A stretch of DNA of 64,000 bases, taken from the IMG/VR virus record IMGVR_UViG_3300037110_000087, positions 186,001 through 250,000 of that record; one strand, written 5' to 3'. Of the stretch, positions 29,215-39,313 are shown piece after piece (position 1 is the first letter of the stretch; every line of letters begins with the position of its first letter). The position numbers and the translations under genes were made by a program. The notes below the pieces were generated by a model that was not told the DNA's origin, ran no database searches, and saw only the letters and a list, made by a program, of their open reading frames with translations.

Positions 29215-29228
29215 AAACCCTCCAGGGC

Positions 29229-29420
29229 TCAACGCAGCAGAACCACAGTGGCCTTGCTGCCTTGTCCAATAGATATCATGTTGTTGCCGTCCTGCTTCTC
29301 GACAGCGAGCGCAAGAAGCCCTAGTGCCCGGCGAATCACTTCATTCCTCGATGTGGCACCGAGTGCCTTCTTGAGCTTGTCGAGTTCGGCTATGTTTACT
29401 TCAATCGTGGTGGCAGCCAT
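29229..29420 (-). CDS. Ribbon-helix-helix (CopG-like) regulator
   Basis: TTIEVN...LDKLKKALGATSRNEVIRRAL; SD GAGGAGG. Confidence 0.65.
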   Translation of the reverse strand: MAATTIEVNIAELDKLKKALGATSRNEVIRRALGLLALAVEKQDGNNMISIGQGSKATVVLLR

Positions 29421-29512
29421 GACATCCTCCTCTGTGGCAGCTTCCTGCCTGAAATCAGGGGGAGCAGGATTGAACCCATGCACCCCCTGTAGGGATCCAC
29501 CGCATGCATTGT

Positions 29513-29782
29513 TCATTTCAACCCCACAAGAAAAGGAGCGATCTTCTCTGCCCTCTTGAGGTATGTGGCTCCGATGGCCTCCTGGGCTTTGTCCCTTTCT
29601 TTTTCAAGGGCCTTCAACTCCTTGTGAATCTGCTGCCCTTCTTCGTCAGGTAGGAGGATGATTGGCTTGAATTGCATCCCAGTGTATCCTTCAACGCAGA
29701 CGAATCCACCGGGATGGATGTCCCCTTCCACCTTGCCACCTAAGACCCCGAAATGCATATCATACCTCCAGAACGCGTACAT
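29513..29782 (-). CDS. hypothetical protein
   Basis: ORF in operon. Confidence 0.6.
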   Translation of the reverse strand: MYAFWRYDMHFGVLGGKVEGDIHPGGFVCVEGYTGMQFKPIILLPDEEGQQIHKELKALEKERDKAQEAIGATYLKRAEKIAPFLVGLK

Positions 29783-29996
29783 CTTCCCTCCTCAGAGTTT
29801 TTAACTCGATTTTCAGTTTTTCGGAACATTCAGGGCAGATGCCATGGGAGACCTTGATATTTGGGTCTTGTTCGAAGAATTCTTCGAGTGATATCCAGTT
29901 ACCCTCAATATTTATCCTGCGACACCAAGCACAAACTCGGAAGAATTGCTTGAGATACCTCAGTTTAAGGAATATCCGGCGCTTGAGAGTTTTCAT
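29760..29996 (-). CDS. standalone CxxC...SHGICPEC domain
   Basis: VCAWCRRI...W...VSHGICPEC. Confidence 0.65.
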   Translation of the reverse strand: MKTLKRRIFLKLRYLKQFFRVCAWCRRINIEGNWISLEEFFEQDPNIKVSHGICPECSEKLKIELKTLRREDVRVLEV

Positions 29997-30019
29997 ATCC
30001 CACTCATTAAGGGACTAAA

Positions 30020-30050
30020 CAGATGCCGGGAGGTTTGCTCCCGGCATCTG
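30020..30050 (-). terminator. terminator after ligA
   Basis: CAGATGCCGGGAG / CTCCCGGCATCTG stem. Confidence 0.65.
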
Positions 30051-30057
30051 GTGTGGA

Positions 30058-32121
30058 CTACATCCCCAACATCTTGAAGAAGTCGGCTTCGGACACGATC
30101 TTGATCCCTGCGGCCTTGGCTTTCTTCATCTTGCCGCTGGTGGAGTCCATTTCGGCGGTGACCAGCATGGTGACGCTGGGCCGGAAGTCTTCTTCGATCC
30201 TGGCACCCTGCTTGGCCGCGAGATCCTGCATCCGCTTGCGGGTGAAACGCTCACCCTTGTCGTCGCAGCGTTCGATCTTGCCGGTGAACAGGAGGGTATC
30301 TCCCATCAGCACCATTTCGCCCTTGACCTGACTGCGTGGATCACCGTTACCGAAACCGGGCATGGGAGCCTCCTTGAGTTGGTTGAAGAGTGGATGGAAA
30401 TCGACGGTGGGAGGGAGTTCTTTTTCGTTGATCTTGATGGCTTCGAGCAGCGCTTCGATCATGGGCCGCGCCCTCTGGATGCCCTTCACGATAGTGTAGG
30501 CTTTCTTATCCTTGTAGCCGCCGACACTCAGCAGATAGGTAGCAGTCAGGCTGAACCAGCCATCGATGGTGTCGATGCCGGTCTTCTCCATGATGATCTC
30601 GCATTCCCTGCGGCCTAGAAACTTGATGCAGACCGAACCCATGAGATCGTTGAGATCGCAGTTCCTTGATTTGTTGATCTCACCGATGATACGATGAGCG
30701 TTCGCGGTTCCCAGCACCCCATTGCCCACCCTCACACGCTCCAGGGTGCTGTAGGTCAACTTGTAGAGATCCTGGGGCTGGGTCACAGTGCCGTTGTCGT
30801 AGAGAGCCTGGAGCAGGACGTCACCGATGAACAGGATGTTGCGCTTGGTGATCCACTGTTTGACCACCTGTATGCCCCGACCTTCGCAGGACTCGTTGAT
30901 GCATTTGGTCGAAGCACCATCCACGACCAGTGGTTCGTCACAGAAGGGACAGGTGCTGGGAGCCACGATCAGTTCACCGATGCGCTCTTTGGTCTGGTGG
31001 TCGTAGCGGGGGAAGACTTCCTTGATGTGGGGAATCACACCACCGGCCCGTTCGATGACCACCTTGTCACCGATACAGACACCACCCAGTTCCATGAGGT
31101 AGGGGAAGTTGTTGGCCAGGACGGACTTGCAGGTCACACCCTGGATGTCCACCGGATTGTATTTGAGGGTGGGGATGATGGCCCCAGTGCTGCCGATGGT
31201 GAGTTCCACACCAATGATGGTGGATTCGGCGGTGTCATTGGCGAACTTGATGGCCTTCTGCCCCTTCGGGCAGTTGTCGCTGCTCATGCCCAGGGTCTTC
31301 TGCGCTTGGACGCTGTTCATCTTGACCACGGTGCCATCGGCTTCGTAGTCGAACTCGTCCCGGTTGGTGACGAAGTAGGTCTTGAAGGCATTCTGGATGC
31401 CAACAGCGTCCTGGCAGAAGATGGACTCGACAGGCCGGAATCCCAGGTTCCGCATGAACTCGATGCGCATCTGCTCCGTGGGATAGACCCAGCGGCCATC
31501 CAGGGGGTCCAGCGGCTCATATTCGAAGACGATGAGATCCAGGTGACGGGCGAGGTTGGTTCCCTTCTGGTCGCGGACGACCGCCACCGAATTGCGGCAG
31601 GTCTTGTGACCCAGCGGCTGGAAGAACTCCGTATACTTGGTCTTGCTTAGCAGCAGTTCACCCCTCACATCGCCAGTGAAGGGAACTGGAAGCCGCTTAG
31701 GGATCGAGGGGATGTTCACGGCATTGAATAGCACGGACTCCCCGACCTCACCATCACCCCTGGTAGCCGCTTCGGTCAAGCAGCCATCGGTGTATTGGAG
31801 GACGAGGGTCATGCCATCGAGCTTCCATTCCTGGAGGTAGCCATCGGTGGGCCGGATGTTGTCCTTGACCCAGTTCTTGATCTCGTCAGGCGACTTGAGT
31901 TTGTCTTGGCTCCCGGCGACGATCCGGTGGGTGACCTTCCTGGCATCCACCGGGACCTTGGCCCCGACCTTCCTGGAATAGGGGTGATTGGGTTCCAGGG
32001 CGCAGAACCGCTCTGCCATCCGGTCATATTCGTTGTCGGACAGGATGGGCTTGACCCGCACATAGTAGTCGTGGTCTGCCTGGAGCAGCTTCGGGAGGAG
32101 GGCTTCGGCCTCTTTGTTCAT
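30058..32121 (-). CDS. ligA: NAD-dependent DNA ligase
   Basis: YY...SDNEYD, KLDG, TRGDG, VRGE, DGTVVK, RAGGVIP, CPFC Zn finger, HhH, C-terminal BRCT. Confidence 0.95.
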   Translation of the reverse strand: MNKEAEALLPKLLQADHDYYVRVKPILSDNEYDRMAERFCALEPNHPYSRKVGAKVPVDARKVTHRIVAGSQDKLKSPDEIKNWVKDNIRPTDGYLQEWKLDGMTLVLQYTDGCLTEAATRGDGEVGESVLFNAVNIPSIPKRLPVPFTGDVRGELLLSKTKYTEFFQPLGHKTCRNSVAVVRDQKGTNLARHLDLIVFEYEPLDPLDGRWVYPTEQMRIEFMRNLGFRPVESIFCQDAVGIQNAFKTYFVTNRDEFDYEADGTVVKMNSVQAQKTLGMSSDNCPKGQKAIKFANDTAESTIIGVELTIGSTGAIIPTLKYNPVDIQGVTCKSVLANNFPYLMELGGVCIGDKVVIERAGGVIPHIKEVFPRYDHQTKERIGELIVAPSTCPFCDEPLVVDGASTKCINESCEGRGIQVVKQWITKRNILFIGDVLLQALYDNGTVTQPQDLYKLTYSTLERVRVGNGVLGTANAHRIIGEINKSRNCDLNDLMGSVCIKFLGRRECEIIMEKTGIDTIDGWFSLTATYLLSVGGYKDKKAYTIVKGIQRARPMIEALLEAIKINEKELPPTVDFHPLFNQLKEAPMPGFGNGDPRSQVKGEMVLMGDTLLFTGKIERCDDKGERFTRKRMQDLAAKQGARIEEDFRPSVTMLVTAEMDSTSGKMKKAKAAGIKIVSEADFFKMLGM

Positions 32122-32141
32122 GGATCTCTCCTATCTGAACG

Positions 32142-32171
32142 ATTATACCACGGAGGGGGTATTTCTGTCAA
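32142..32171 (-). promoter_or_regulatory. sigma70 promoter for ligA
   Basis: TTGACA-N18-TATAAT. Confidence 0.75.
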
Positions 32172-32214
32172 GTATTTCGCACTAGAACAGGACACCCGCA
32201 TCATGAAATTCCTT

Positions 32215-32481
32215 TCACATGAGCAGAATGATCATCCCCGAGCCGTTCCCCGGCCCCGGCCCTTCCTTCGGCCCCTGGCCCGAAACCGCCTTGGCGTAAT
32301 CGTTGACCCGATCGATCAGAGGCAGGTAGTGGTAGGTGCCGTTCTCGTCCTTCAGGCCACCATCGGGAGAGTAGTGCTTCCAGGGAACCCCCTTGGAGTC
32401 GAGGAACTCGTGGAGTTCCTGAGCTTCCCCGGCATAGAATCCGAGTGGCATATCAGTTGGACGTCCGAATTGCTGTCCCAT
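32215..32481 (-). CDS. hypothetical early protein
   Basis: SD AAGGAG; GC-rich. Confidence 0.65.
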   Translation of the reverse strand: MGQQFGRPTDMPLGFYAGEAQELHEFLDSKGVPWKHYSPDGGLKDENGTYHYLPLIDRVNDYAKAVSGQGPKEGPGPGNGSGMIILLM

Positions 32482-32502
32482 TGGATTTCTCCTTAACCGC
32501 TA

Positions 32503-32531
32503 ATTATAACACCAAACAATTTAATTGTCAA
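32503..32531 (-). promoter_or_regulatory. sigma70 promoter with extended -10
   Basis: TTGACA-N17-TATAAT, TGT before -10. Confidence 0.85.
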
Positions 32532-32540
32532 GGTACGAGT

Positions 32541-32918
32541 TTAATTAGGCTTTCTGCTAAATCTGGCTACTTGTGTAATCTGTATAAACTGGTCAGGATG
32601 AGCCAGAACATCAGCCGCATCCCTAGCCACATTGGGGTTATATTGTTCAAATGAACCACCATGCCCAATGGTCAAATGACATTCAGTCTTCCCCATACAC
32701 AGTGTAATCAGATTCTTGGGATCTAATTCCATTGAAGGTTGATCATGGAAAGGCATTTTATGATGAACCTGGAGAAAGATGGTTCCACCGCAAGCAGCAC
32801 ACTTAGGCTGAGTTATCAAGAAAGCCTTTCTCACTCCGGACCACTTGCTACTGCGTGTTACTACCTTGATAATGTGTTCTCTAATGAGAGAATGTACTAC
32901 TCTTAAAATGTGTCCCAT
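32541..32918 (-). CDS. HNH endonuclease
   Basis: CAACG...VHH...NLITLC...CHLTIGH. Confidence 0.85.
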   Translation of the reverse strand: MGHILRVVHSLIREHIIKVVTRSSKWSGVRKAFLITQPKCAACGGTIFLQVHHKMPFHDQPSMELDPKNLITLCMGKTECHLTIGHGGSFEQYNPNVARDAADVLAHPDQFIQITQVARFSRKPN

Positions 32919-34502
32919 TTATTTTCCTTGATTCTTCCTTAGTGTAACAGGATCAGCCGTATAATAATCAATAAATTCCAAACCAAATGAATTACAATAG
33001 GTTGTAGCCATTTCGGTACTGGCGAATCGCATCATTGGTTCAAGCTCACGCCATCTACTCCGTCTAATAGTCATGGCATAATCAAATCCATTATTAGCAA
33101 AGAATCGGGCCGGAACCGCCCGGCAGGTGATCCATTTTACTTCAGTGAGTGCTTCTTCTACCTCTGTCTCTGGCTTCTTTAGGCCAAGTGCAGCTAGAAT
33201 CATCCCTTCAAATTCTGGATCAGCTTTGGGCCTACCATAACTTACCCCTTCTTGAGTGACCTCAGCATCTTCATCAGCCAATGGCCACCAATTAGATATA
33301 ACTTGAATAACGCTTACATGAGTAAACTGATGTTTGAGGAGCAATTCTCTGAAGATCTCCCGCCAGTTGGCTGGATGACCTAGGGATACTATTCTTGAGA
33401 AACGATTAGCAGGTAATTCAGATAAATTTTCAACTGTGAAATTATCACCGAGATATTCATCCACGACTCTCTTCGCATATCCAGGCTCTTGCTCTTTCAA
33501 CATCTCCACTTGCCAGATATCAAGATCGCCACCATGGACATGAGGGAAGGCTTCCCTATAGGGCAAAGTCGAAGTCAAGATCGCCATCAGATATAATTCT
33601 TCTTCGCCCAACTGCTGCAGCCAGCTGGAAAGTGACTTACCCGCGAATTCGGTGATTTCATAGAACATCATCGCCATGACACCGAGTTTGTCAGTATAAG
33701 CGAAATATCTATCCAATTTGACTGTTGACGGTGTAGCGAACTCGTCCAGGAAAAAATTAATATGTTCCTTGTTTAGTAGTTCCTCCATGATTTCTTTTAG
33801 ACCTTCAGCAGAATGCCCACTACCTGAAGAAGACATCATTACGCCTATTGGGGGTAATAACTGTCCAAGGCGATGATCATCACACCATCTAGTCAGGGTA
33901 TCCGCTCCTCCAAAGAATTCCTCATCTGTCACATCTTTCAATTGGCCTGTTGGCGCATGAAATTGAGCATAATTCCTACCATTCTTGCGGATCACATAAA
34001 GAGGACCCTGTTCCAGAAGCCCCGGAGCGTGTTCCTCTTGGGTCGTACACCAATTAGTCCCTGAGCCTAAGGCTCTCGCTGCTGGGAAAGTTGTGGCCTT
34101 ATAGACCGTCCAAATACCTTCCTCAAGCACGATCTCAGATCCTTCTGCCACATCCTGTTTAATTTTGTCTCGGACTTCCTGTTTCTTACTTGGGCCAAGC
34201 AGACCTTGATATCCCTGGAGCAAAGTGAATAGTTTCCCAGGTGTGTAGTCAAGAATATTCTTGGAATCAATGAATAAGGGCTTGTTCTTGACTGTATCAA
34301 AGTCCTTCAGTTGCTGCTTGATTTTATCGAAGTCAGACTCCAATATACGCCCAGCGGCGAATTCTCTGCACAACCACGCGATGTAGCTTGATTGCGGATT
34401 GTCAAGAGCAATGAGCTTGTCCATAGTCTCTAGATCAAGGTCGAACTTCTTCATAAAGAAATCCTTCTTGGGTTGGTTAATGGCGAAATACAGAGTTATC
34501 AT
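32919..34502 (-). CDS. GTxWCT-domain paralogue 4 (leader MITLYFA)
   Basis: shared N-terminal module YxxWLC...FDxxKxKPxFxDSKNI...GSGTNWCT. Confidence 0.8.
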   Translation of the reverse strand: MITLYFAINQPKKDFFMKKFDLDLETMDKLIALDNPQSSYIAWLCREFAAGRILESDFDKIKQQLKDFDTVKNKPLFIDSKNILDYTPGKLFTLLQGYQGLLGPSKKQEVRDKIKQDVAEGSEIVLEEGIWTVYKATTFPAARALGSGTNWCTTQEEHAPGLLEQGPLYVIRKNGRNYAQFHAPTGQLKDVTDEEFFGGADTLTRWCDDHRLGQLLPPIGVMMSSSGSGHSAEGLKEIMEELLNKEHINFFLDEFATPSTVKLDRYFAYTDKLGVMAMMFYEITEFAGKSLSSWLQQLGEEELYLMAILTSTLPYREAFPHVHGGDLDIWQVEMLKEQEPGYAKRVVDEYLGDNFTVENLSELPANRFSRIVSLGHPANWREIFRELLLKHQFTHVSVIQVISNWWPLADEDAEVTQEGVSYGRPKADPEFEGMILAALGLKKPETEVEEALTEVKWITCRAVPARFFANNGFDYAMTIRRSRWRELEPMMRFASTEMATTYCNSFGLEFIDYYTADPVTLRKNQGK

Positions 34503-34509
34503 GTCGTTC

Positions 34510-35877
34510 CTAATTATAGTCGCACCAATCAGTCATTACCTGGGCTTTGATGGGATCAACCACCCCTAGAGTTCGTAACTGTTCGTTTCTGAGCCACTCC
34601 GGATTGGATTCCATCGCTTCCATTTCTTCCAGGCTCCAACCTTCCTTGGGATCGACCTTGGTTGACTTTGGAGGAATATCGTCCTCTCTGACTACTATGC
34701 CCAGATATTCTAAGCAAGTTGCAAAATCCTCGTTGACGGATTCTATCTCGTCTGCCTTGGCAACCCAATCATTAACATAATTAACAGCGAACTTGGTAAG
34801 AGGATCGACCCTTTCCGGATTGGCCTCCATATCTACTTCCCGTTCCTCCGGAATACGAACGTAATATTTTACTGCTGTCATAGGGTCGGAGTGAATGAAG
34901 TTCAGAAGTCGAGTCAGCTGGCGTCCCGGTTTTCCTACAAAGACGGCCATTAATTCAAGGGCTGCTTCACTATCATGAGTTTCCTCGATTCTGTCTATGA
35001 GTTTATCAAAGATTTTCTTATTGAATTCCAGTCTGCCAAAAGTGGATTCATCTTGTTCCCAATCCAAATATTCCTGGTAGTAATCGAGGATCATCAAAGG
35101 ATTTTTTGGCAGAAGGCGTTGTACTCGCTCCATGAAGACCCATTGATCATCGTCGGAGTCGAAATAATCCACCTGCCCGATGTCGATAGGGAGCTTTTCT
35201 ATCCGCTTGAGGATTTTCAGATAGCCCAAACCCGAAGAATCTGGAGCAATGAACATGAATTTGATATCACCTGCTGACTCGTCGGCTGGGTTCATATATT
35301 GCATTTCTTTGCCCAAATGAAACTGGTATATTGGCTTCCCTTCGTATGCCTCTGCATCGGGGCCACCATACGCGATATAAACGGGTCCCTGCGCCAAGTA
35401 TTCTGTGGCGAAAGACCGCTGAGTGGTGCACCAGTGGGTTCCAGATCCCATGGTTACAACATCCTCGGGTCTGATGCATTTATACCAAGTGATTTCTCTA
35501 TCTTGATAAATAATTGTGGCTTGAGTCTTTTTCTCTCTCTTCTGCTGTTCGGTTGGTTTGCTGATCTCTGACTCTTTGTAAGTATCCAGGACTTTGTAGA
35601 GATCGTTAATTTTCTTGTATGAATCGATGTTTTTAGAGTCTTTGAACAACGGTTTATTTTTGATTTTATCAAATTTGGCGAGACTGTCCCTGATGATCTT
35701 GGTATCCTGAGGCAATCGTATGAAATCGACCTGACGACAAAGATAATCAAGGTAGGAACTATTAGGAGTGGAATCACATGCATCGAGAAGATCCACTAGC
35801 TTGGGATCCAGTTGGTATTTATTAATAACGAATTCCTTCTTATCCGGATTGGCAACGGCGAAATGTAATGTGATCAT
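34510..35877 (-). CDS. GTxWCT-domain paralogue 3 (leader MITLHFA)
   Basis: DSTPNSSYLDYLC, RLPQDT, TEQQKREKK, GSGTHWCT. Confidence 0.8.
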   Translation of the reverse strand: MITLHFAVANPDKKEFVINKYQLDPKLVDLLDACDSTPNSSYLDYLCRQVDFIRLPQDTKIIRDSLAKFDKIKNKPLFKDSKNIDSYKKINDLYKVLDTYKESEISKPTEQQKREKKTQATIIYQDREITWYKCIRPEDVVTMGSGTHWCTTQRSFATEYLAQGPVYIAYGGPDAEAYEGKPIYQFHLGKEMQYMNPADESAGDIKFMFIAPDSSGLGYLKILKRIEKLPIDIGQVDYFDSDDDQWVFMERVQRLLPKNPLMILDYYQEYLDWEQDESTFGRLEFNKKIFDKLIDRIEETHDSEAALELMAVFVGKPGRQLTRLLNFIHSDPMTAVKYYVRIPEEREVDMEANPERVDPLTKFAVNYVNDWVAKADEIESVNEDFATCLEYLGIVVREDDIPPKSTKVDPKEGWSLEEMEAMESNPEWLRNEQLRTLGVVDPIKAQVMTDWCDYN

Positions 35878-37163
35878 TATTGTCCCATCCTTCTGAAAGC
35901 TGATGAAGCCATCTCAGGATTCAGGATAAGCCCATCTGGAGCCTCTCCAAAATCCATGAAACAGCAGCAGCAATAAAAATCATCGTCATAAGGCCAATCA
36001 TGCACGGCCATGCTCTCGTATTTCTTTGTGTACTCGTTAATTATCCCAGCAGCTGCTTCTCGGAGACGTTTAATGGATTCTTTTGGTATATCGTCTTCGT
36101 CAGACTCGCTCCGTATGTAATATCTAATAGAGGCCATGTCGTCAGATTTTATCAGAGCGTAGAGTCTGGTATACTGAGCGTCATCGAATTCCATGTGTGG
36201 ACCATGGAAAGTCAGCAGTTCCACGGCTTCATCTGTATTGTTGGTTTCCTCGATTTTACGGAGTAGCATTTCTGGCATACCATCAAGAAGCGTGTCAGGT
36301 ATACTGTCAAGAAAATCTTCTAATTCTTCAATCCCGCCAAGCTGAACACATTCCCAGAAGACCGAAATCATCAAGGGATTCTGAGGTAGTAGATTATAAA
36401 TCCCCTCCCATTGTTCAACCGTGGGATCAAGGGATTCACCCTGTTTATAATAGGTTCCATCAGAAGGAAGGAGCATTGATAAATTCTCTGCCTTCATAAG
36501 CAGGCCAACTGGCTGCCTGAATGAATGAACTAAATCGGCCATCATCAACCTGATACCACGGGCTAGTGGAACATCTTCTGCATTCATGATCTGCAGATAT
36601 TTGCCCAAATGCAACTGGATCGTTGGCTTACCGGCTTTATTTAGATAGCAAATGTAAATAGGATTCTCTTTGAGATATTGATTGGCGACCTTCTTGTTTG
36701 GGACGGTACACCATTTTGTCCCAGATCCCATGACAGCAGCTTGTTCTGGTGTCTCGATCTTGTACCAAGTCATGATCGAATCTTTATAAACAACCTGAGC
36801 ACCGCACTTCATCTCTCTTTTCTGCTGTTCCGTTGAATCGGCCACTCCAGTTTCTTCGTAGGATTTGAGTGTCTTGTAGAGGTCCCCCAATTTCTTGTAG
36901 TGATAAATATCCTTGGAATCCTTGAACTTCGGTTTTTTCTTGTAAGAATCAAAGAGGGCGAGGGCTTCAAGAATGATCCCGGTGTCCTGGGGCAGACGCA
37001 TGTTCTTCTGCGAATACTGACCGCATAACCAATCTACGAAATCTTTTTTCGGAGTCGGGTCACAAGCATCAATCAGATGCAGATCCCTCTCCGTCAAACT
37101 ATACTTCCCTTTCAGGAATTCTGTTTTCTCCGGTTTGATCACAGCGAAGTGGAGGGTGATCAT
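35877..37163 (-). CDS. GTxWCT-domain paralogue 2 (leader MITLHFA)
   Basis: DPTPKKDFVDWLC, RLPQDT, TEQQKREMK, GSGTKWCT. Confidence 0.8.
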   Translation of the reverse strand: MITLHFAVIKPEKTEFLKGKYSLTERDLHLIDACDPTPKKDFVDWLCGQYSQKNMRLPQDTGIILEALALFDSYKKKPKFKDSKDIYHYKKLGDLYKTLKSYEETGVADSTEQQKREMKCGAQVVYKDSIMTWYKIETPEQAAVMGSGTKWCTVPNKKVANQYLKENPIYICYLNKAGKPTIQLHLGKYLQIMNAEDVPLARGIRLMMADLVHSFRQPVGLLMKAENLSMLLPSDGTYYKQGESLDPTVEQWEGIYNLLPQNPLMISVFWECVQLGGIEELEDFLDSIPDTLLDGMPEMLLRKIEETNNTDEAVELLTFHGPHMEFDDAQYTRLYALIKSDDMASIRYYIRSESDEDDIPKESIKRLREAAAGIINEYTKKYESMAVHDWPYDDDFYCCCCFMDFGEAPDGLILNPEMASSAFRRMGQ

Positions 37164-38858
37164 CTAGACCATTCCTTGGAAGCAAGCATCCGCGAACTCT
37201 GGGTCGTCAAGACCAAATTTAGCTAGCTTTGCCATTTTCTGGTCCTCGTTCATTTCTACATTGAAGAAGGCGGGAAGATCCATGATGTATCCATAAGCAT
37301 AACGATACTCATTATCCCAAGGAGGACCACCATCCTCATTAACTGGAGCCACATTCTGTAAGGCTTTATACTTTTTAGTATAGTCATTGACCGTCTGGAT
37401 GGCGTATTGCTTGATCGGCCATTTCATATCTCGTGGGATTTCCTGATCCAGGTTGATGCTATACAAAAGAGTTGCGTAACAATCAGCATAAATCAATCCC
37501 ATCAATCTTGATTGCTGGTCTTTTGTGAATCTTTCCCAGAGCGATCGTTCACCTTCATTATAATCATCAACTAACAGGTGAACAACACCCTCGTAATCTT
37601 CTCTTTTCTCGTAGTCCGCTACGAGAACCTCGAGTAGTTCGTCAGAAAATCCGCCCACTGGTACTGCCTCTTCTGGGACTTCCCCTCTACCACAAGCGAT
37701 ATTGAATTTACCGACCATATGCAGATTCTGGGGCAACAGATCGTAGATTTTCTTCCATTGGTCTACAGAAGGGTAAGGGACTTCCCCTCTTCGTTTCACC
37801 GCGTATTCTTCAATTGGTTCTAGAAAAATTGGCAAGTGTTCTACATCTTTGAGTATTTCAATGGCTTCCTTGAGTTTGCTATCACTAGTACAGAAAGGTT
37901 CCTTCAGATCAGCCAACATAAAGCAGATTCCTCTCACCGCCAATTCATCGAGAGGGTTCATAATCTGAAGGTGTTTGCCTAGGTGAAGCTGTAGGACCGG
38001 TTTGCCTTCAACATAACAAATATAAATGGGATTCTGCCCGACATACTCATTTGCGGTGCCTAGCTGGGTTGTGCACCATTTTGTACCCGAACCTAAGACG
38101 ACCGCTTGACTGCCAGTAACACATTTGTACCATGTCATTTGTCCATCTTTGTACACTACCTTGGCATTACTCTTCTTTTCTCTTTTCTGCTGTTCGGTGG
38201 AGTCCGTTGTTATCCCGGTATTCTCGTAGGATTCGAGGGCCTTGAATAACTCACCCTTAGTCTTGTATGAATCGAGGTTCTTTGAATGGTTGAACTTTGG
38301 CTTGTCTTTGATCTGATCAAACGAATCTAGAGCATCACGCATGATTTTGGTATCCTGCGGAAGGATTAATTCATCAAATCTACGGCACAACCAATCCAAA
38401 TACCGAGCGTTGGGAGTTGGATCACACTTCTCCAGAAGATCCAGATCCTTCTCTTCTAGGCTATACTTCCTGAGCAAAGCCGCTCTTTTCTCAGGTGTCG
38501 CATCAGCTCTTATCGCAAAAGATAGCTTGACTCTTGACATATACTGAGGAGTGTTGATCCAATCTACGACAGGCGACAGATGAATGTTATGAAGCGGTTC
38601 TCTCTTTTCGTGTTCAACCGTGGGCTTACCATCCAGGTTGAGATAAAATGCCACTTCACCGTTGTAAGAACCAAATGTCAGGCTGGGGTTAATTCCATAA
38701 GACAAGAATAACTTGGCTAGCTCATTCTGCTTGAATTTCAACCTGAGCAGATCATCACCAGTAGCCACGAAGTCTACACCACCTAGATCAGACACTAGTA
38801 CATCACAACCACATTGTATGAAGATGCTCTTGATTATGATGACGAAGTTCGATGGCAT
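37164..38858 (-). CDS. GTxWCT-domain paralogue 1 with extra N-terminal domain (internal VKLSFA motif; possible start 38540)
   Basis: DPTPNARYLDWLC, LPQDT, TEQQKREKK, GSGTKWCT. Confidence 0.8.
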   Translation of the reverse strand: MPSNFVIIIKSIFIQCGCDVLVSDLGGVDFVATGDDLLRLKFKQNELAKLFLSYGINPSLTFGSYNGEVAFYLNLDGKPTVEHEKREPLHNIHLSPVVDWINTPQYMSRVKLSFAIRADATPEKRAALLRKYSLEEKDLDLLEKCDPTPNARYLDWLCRRFDELILPQDTKIMRDALDSFDQIKDKPKFNHSKNLDSYKTKGELFKALESYENTGITTDSTEQQKREKKSNAKVVYKDGQMTWYKCVTGSQAVVLGSGTKWCTTQLGTANEYVGQNPIYICYVEGKPVLQLHLGKHLQIMNPLDELAVRGICFMLADLKEPFCTSDSKLKEAIEILKDVEHLPIFLEPIEEYAVKRRGEVPYPSVDQWKKIYDLLPQNLHMVGKFNIACGRGEVPEEAVPVGGFSDELLEVLVADYEKREDYEGVVHLLVDDYNEGERSLWERFTKDQQSRLMGLIYADCYATLLYSINLDQEIPRDMKWPIKQYAIQTVNDYTKKYKALQNVAPVNEDGGPPWDNEYRYAYGYIMDLPAFFNVEMNEDQKMAKLAKFGLDDPEFADACFQGMV

Positions 38859-38960
38859 GGACAGTCCTTCTTTTCGTAGTCTAACTTTCCTCCATTATAC
38901 AATGACGTAGAAAAGATCGCGGGAGAATAATTGGGTTATAATAGAAGGGAAGAGGATTCT

Positions 38961-39278
38961 ATGGTAAAGTTCAATTTTGCAAAGAAAGCCAAAGCCAGTG
39001 TGGATGCCCATGGTGTTGCGGAGTTCTTGAACCAGTTGTTGAGTCTGGATGCCTCTGCTGTCAACAGTCTAGTCAAGAGTCGTGTACCCTGCAACGAGGC
39101 GTTGATGCAGGACCCGTTCGTACAGATCTCGGAAGGGAAAGAATTCGGAGTACTAGGGCTGATCAACGGAATCCTACTCAAAGCAGAAGAATCAAGAATC
39201 GTTGGAATTTGGGAGAACGACAAACTAATTCGCTTCCAAATTCGAGAAGAAGTCAAACAAGAAGACGAGAAGAAATAG
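38961..39278 (+). CDS. hypothetical protein with Ala7 leader (MVKFNFA)
   Basis: SD GAGG; RVPCNEAL, GVLGLINGIL. Confidence 0.7.
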   Translation: MVKFNFAKKAKASVDAHGVAEFLNQLLSLDASAVNSLVKSRVPCNEALMQDPFVQISEGKEFGVLGLINGILLKAEESRIVGIWENDKLIRFQIREEVKQEDEKK

Positions 39279-39280
39279 TC

Positions 39281-39307
39281 ATCGGGCCTCCAATTTGGAG
39301 GCCCGAT
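39281..39307. terminator. hairpin between convergent genes
   Basis: ATCGGGCCTCCA / TGGAGGCCCGAT. Confidence 0.6.
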
Positions 39308-39313
39308 CTGTAT

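Noticed and set aside
30379-32496. Long plus-strand ORFs (30694-31650, 31795-32496) opposite ligA
   Set aside because: Antisense shadows of a GC3-rich gene; no motifs
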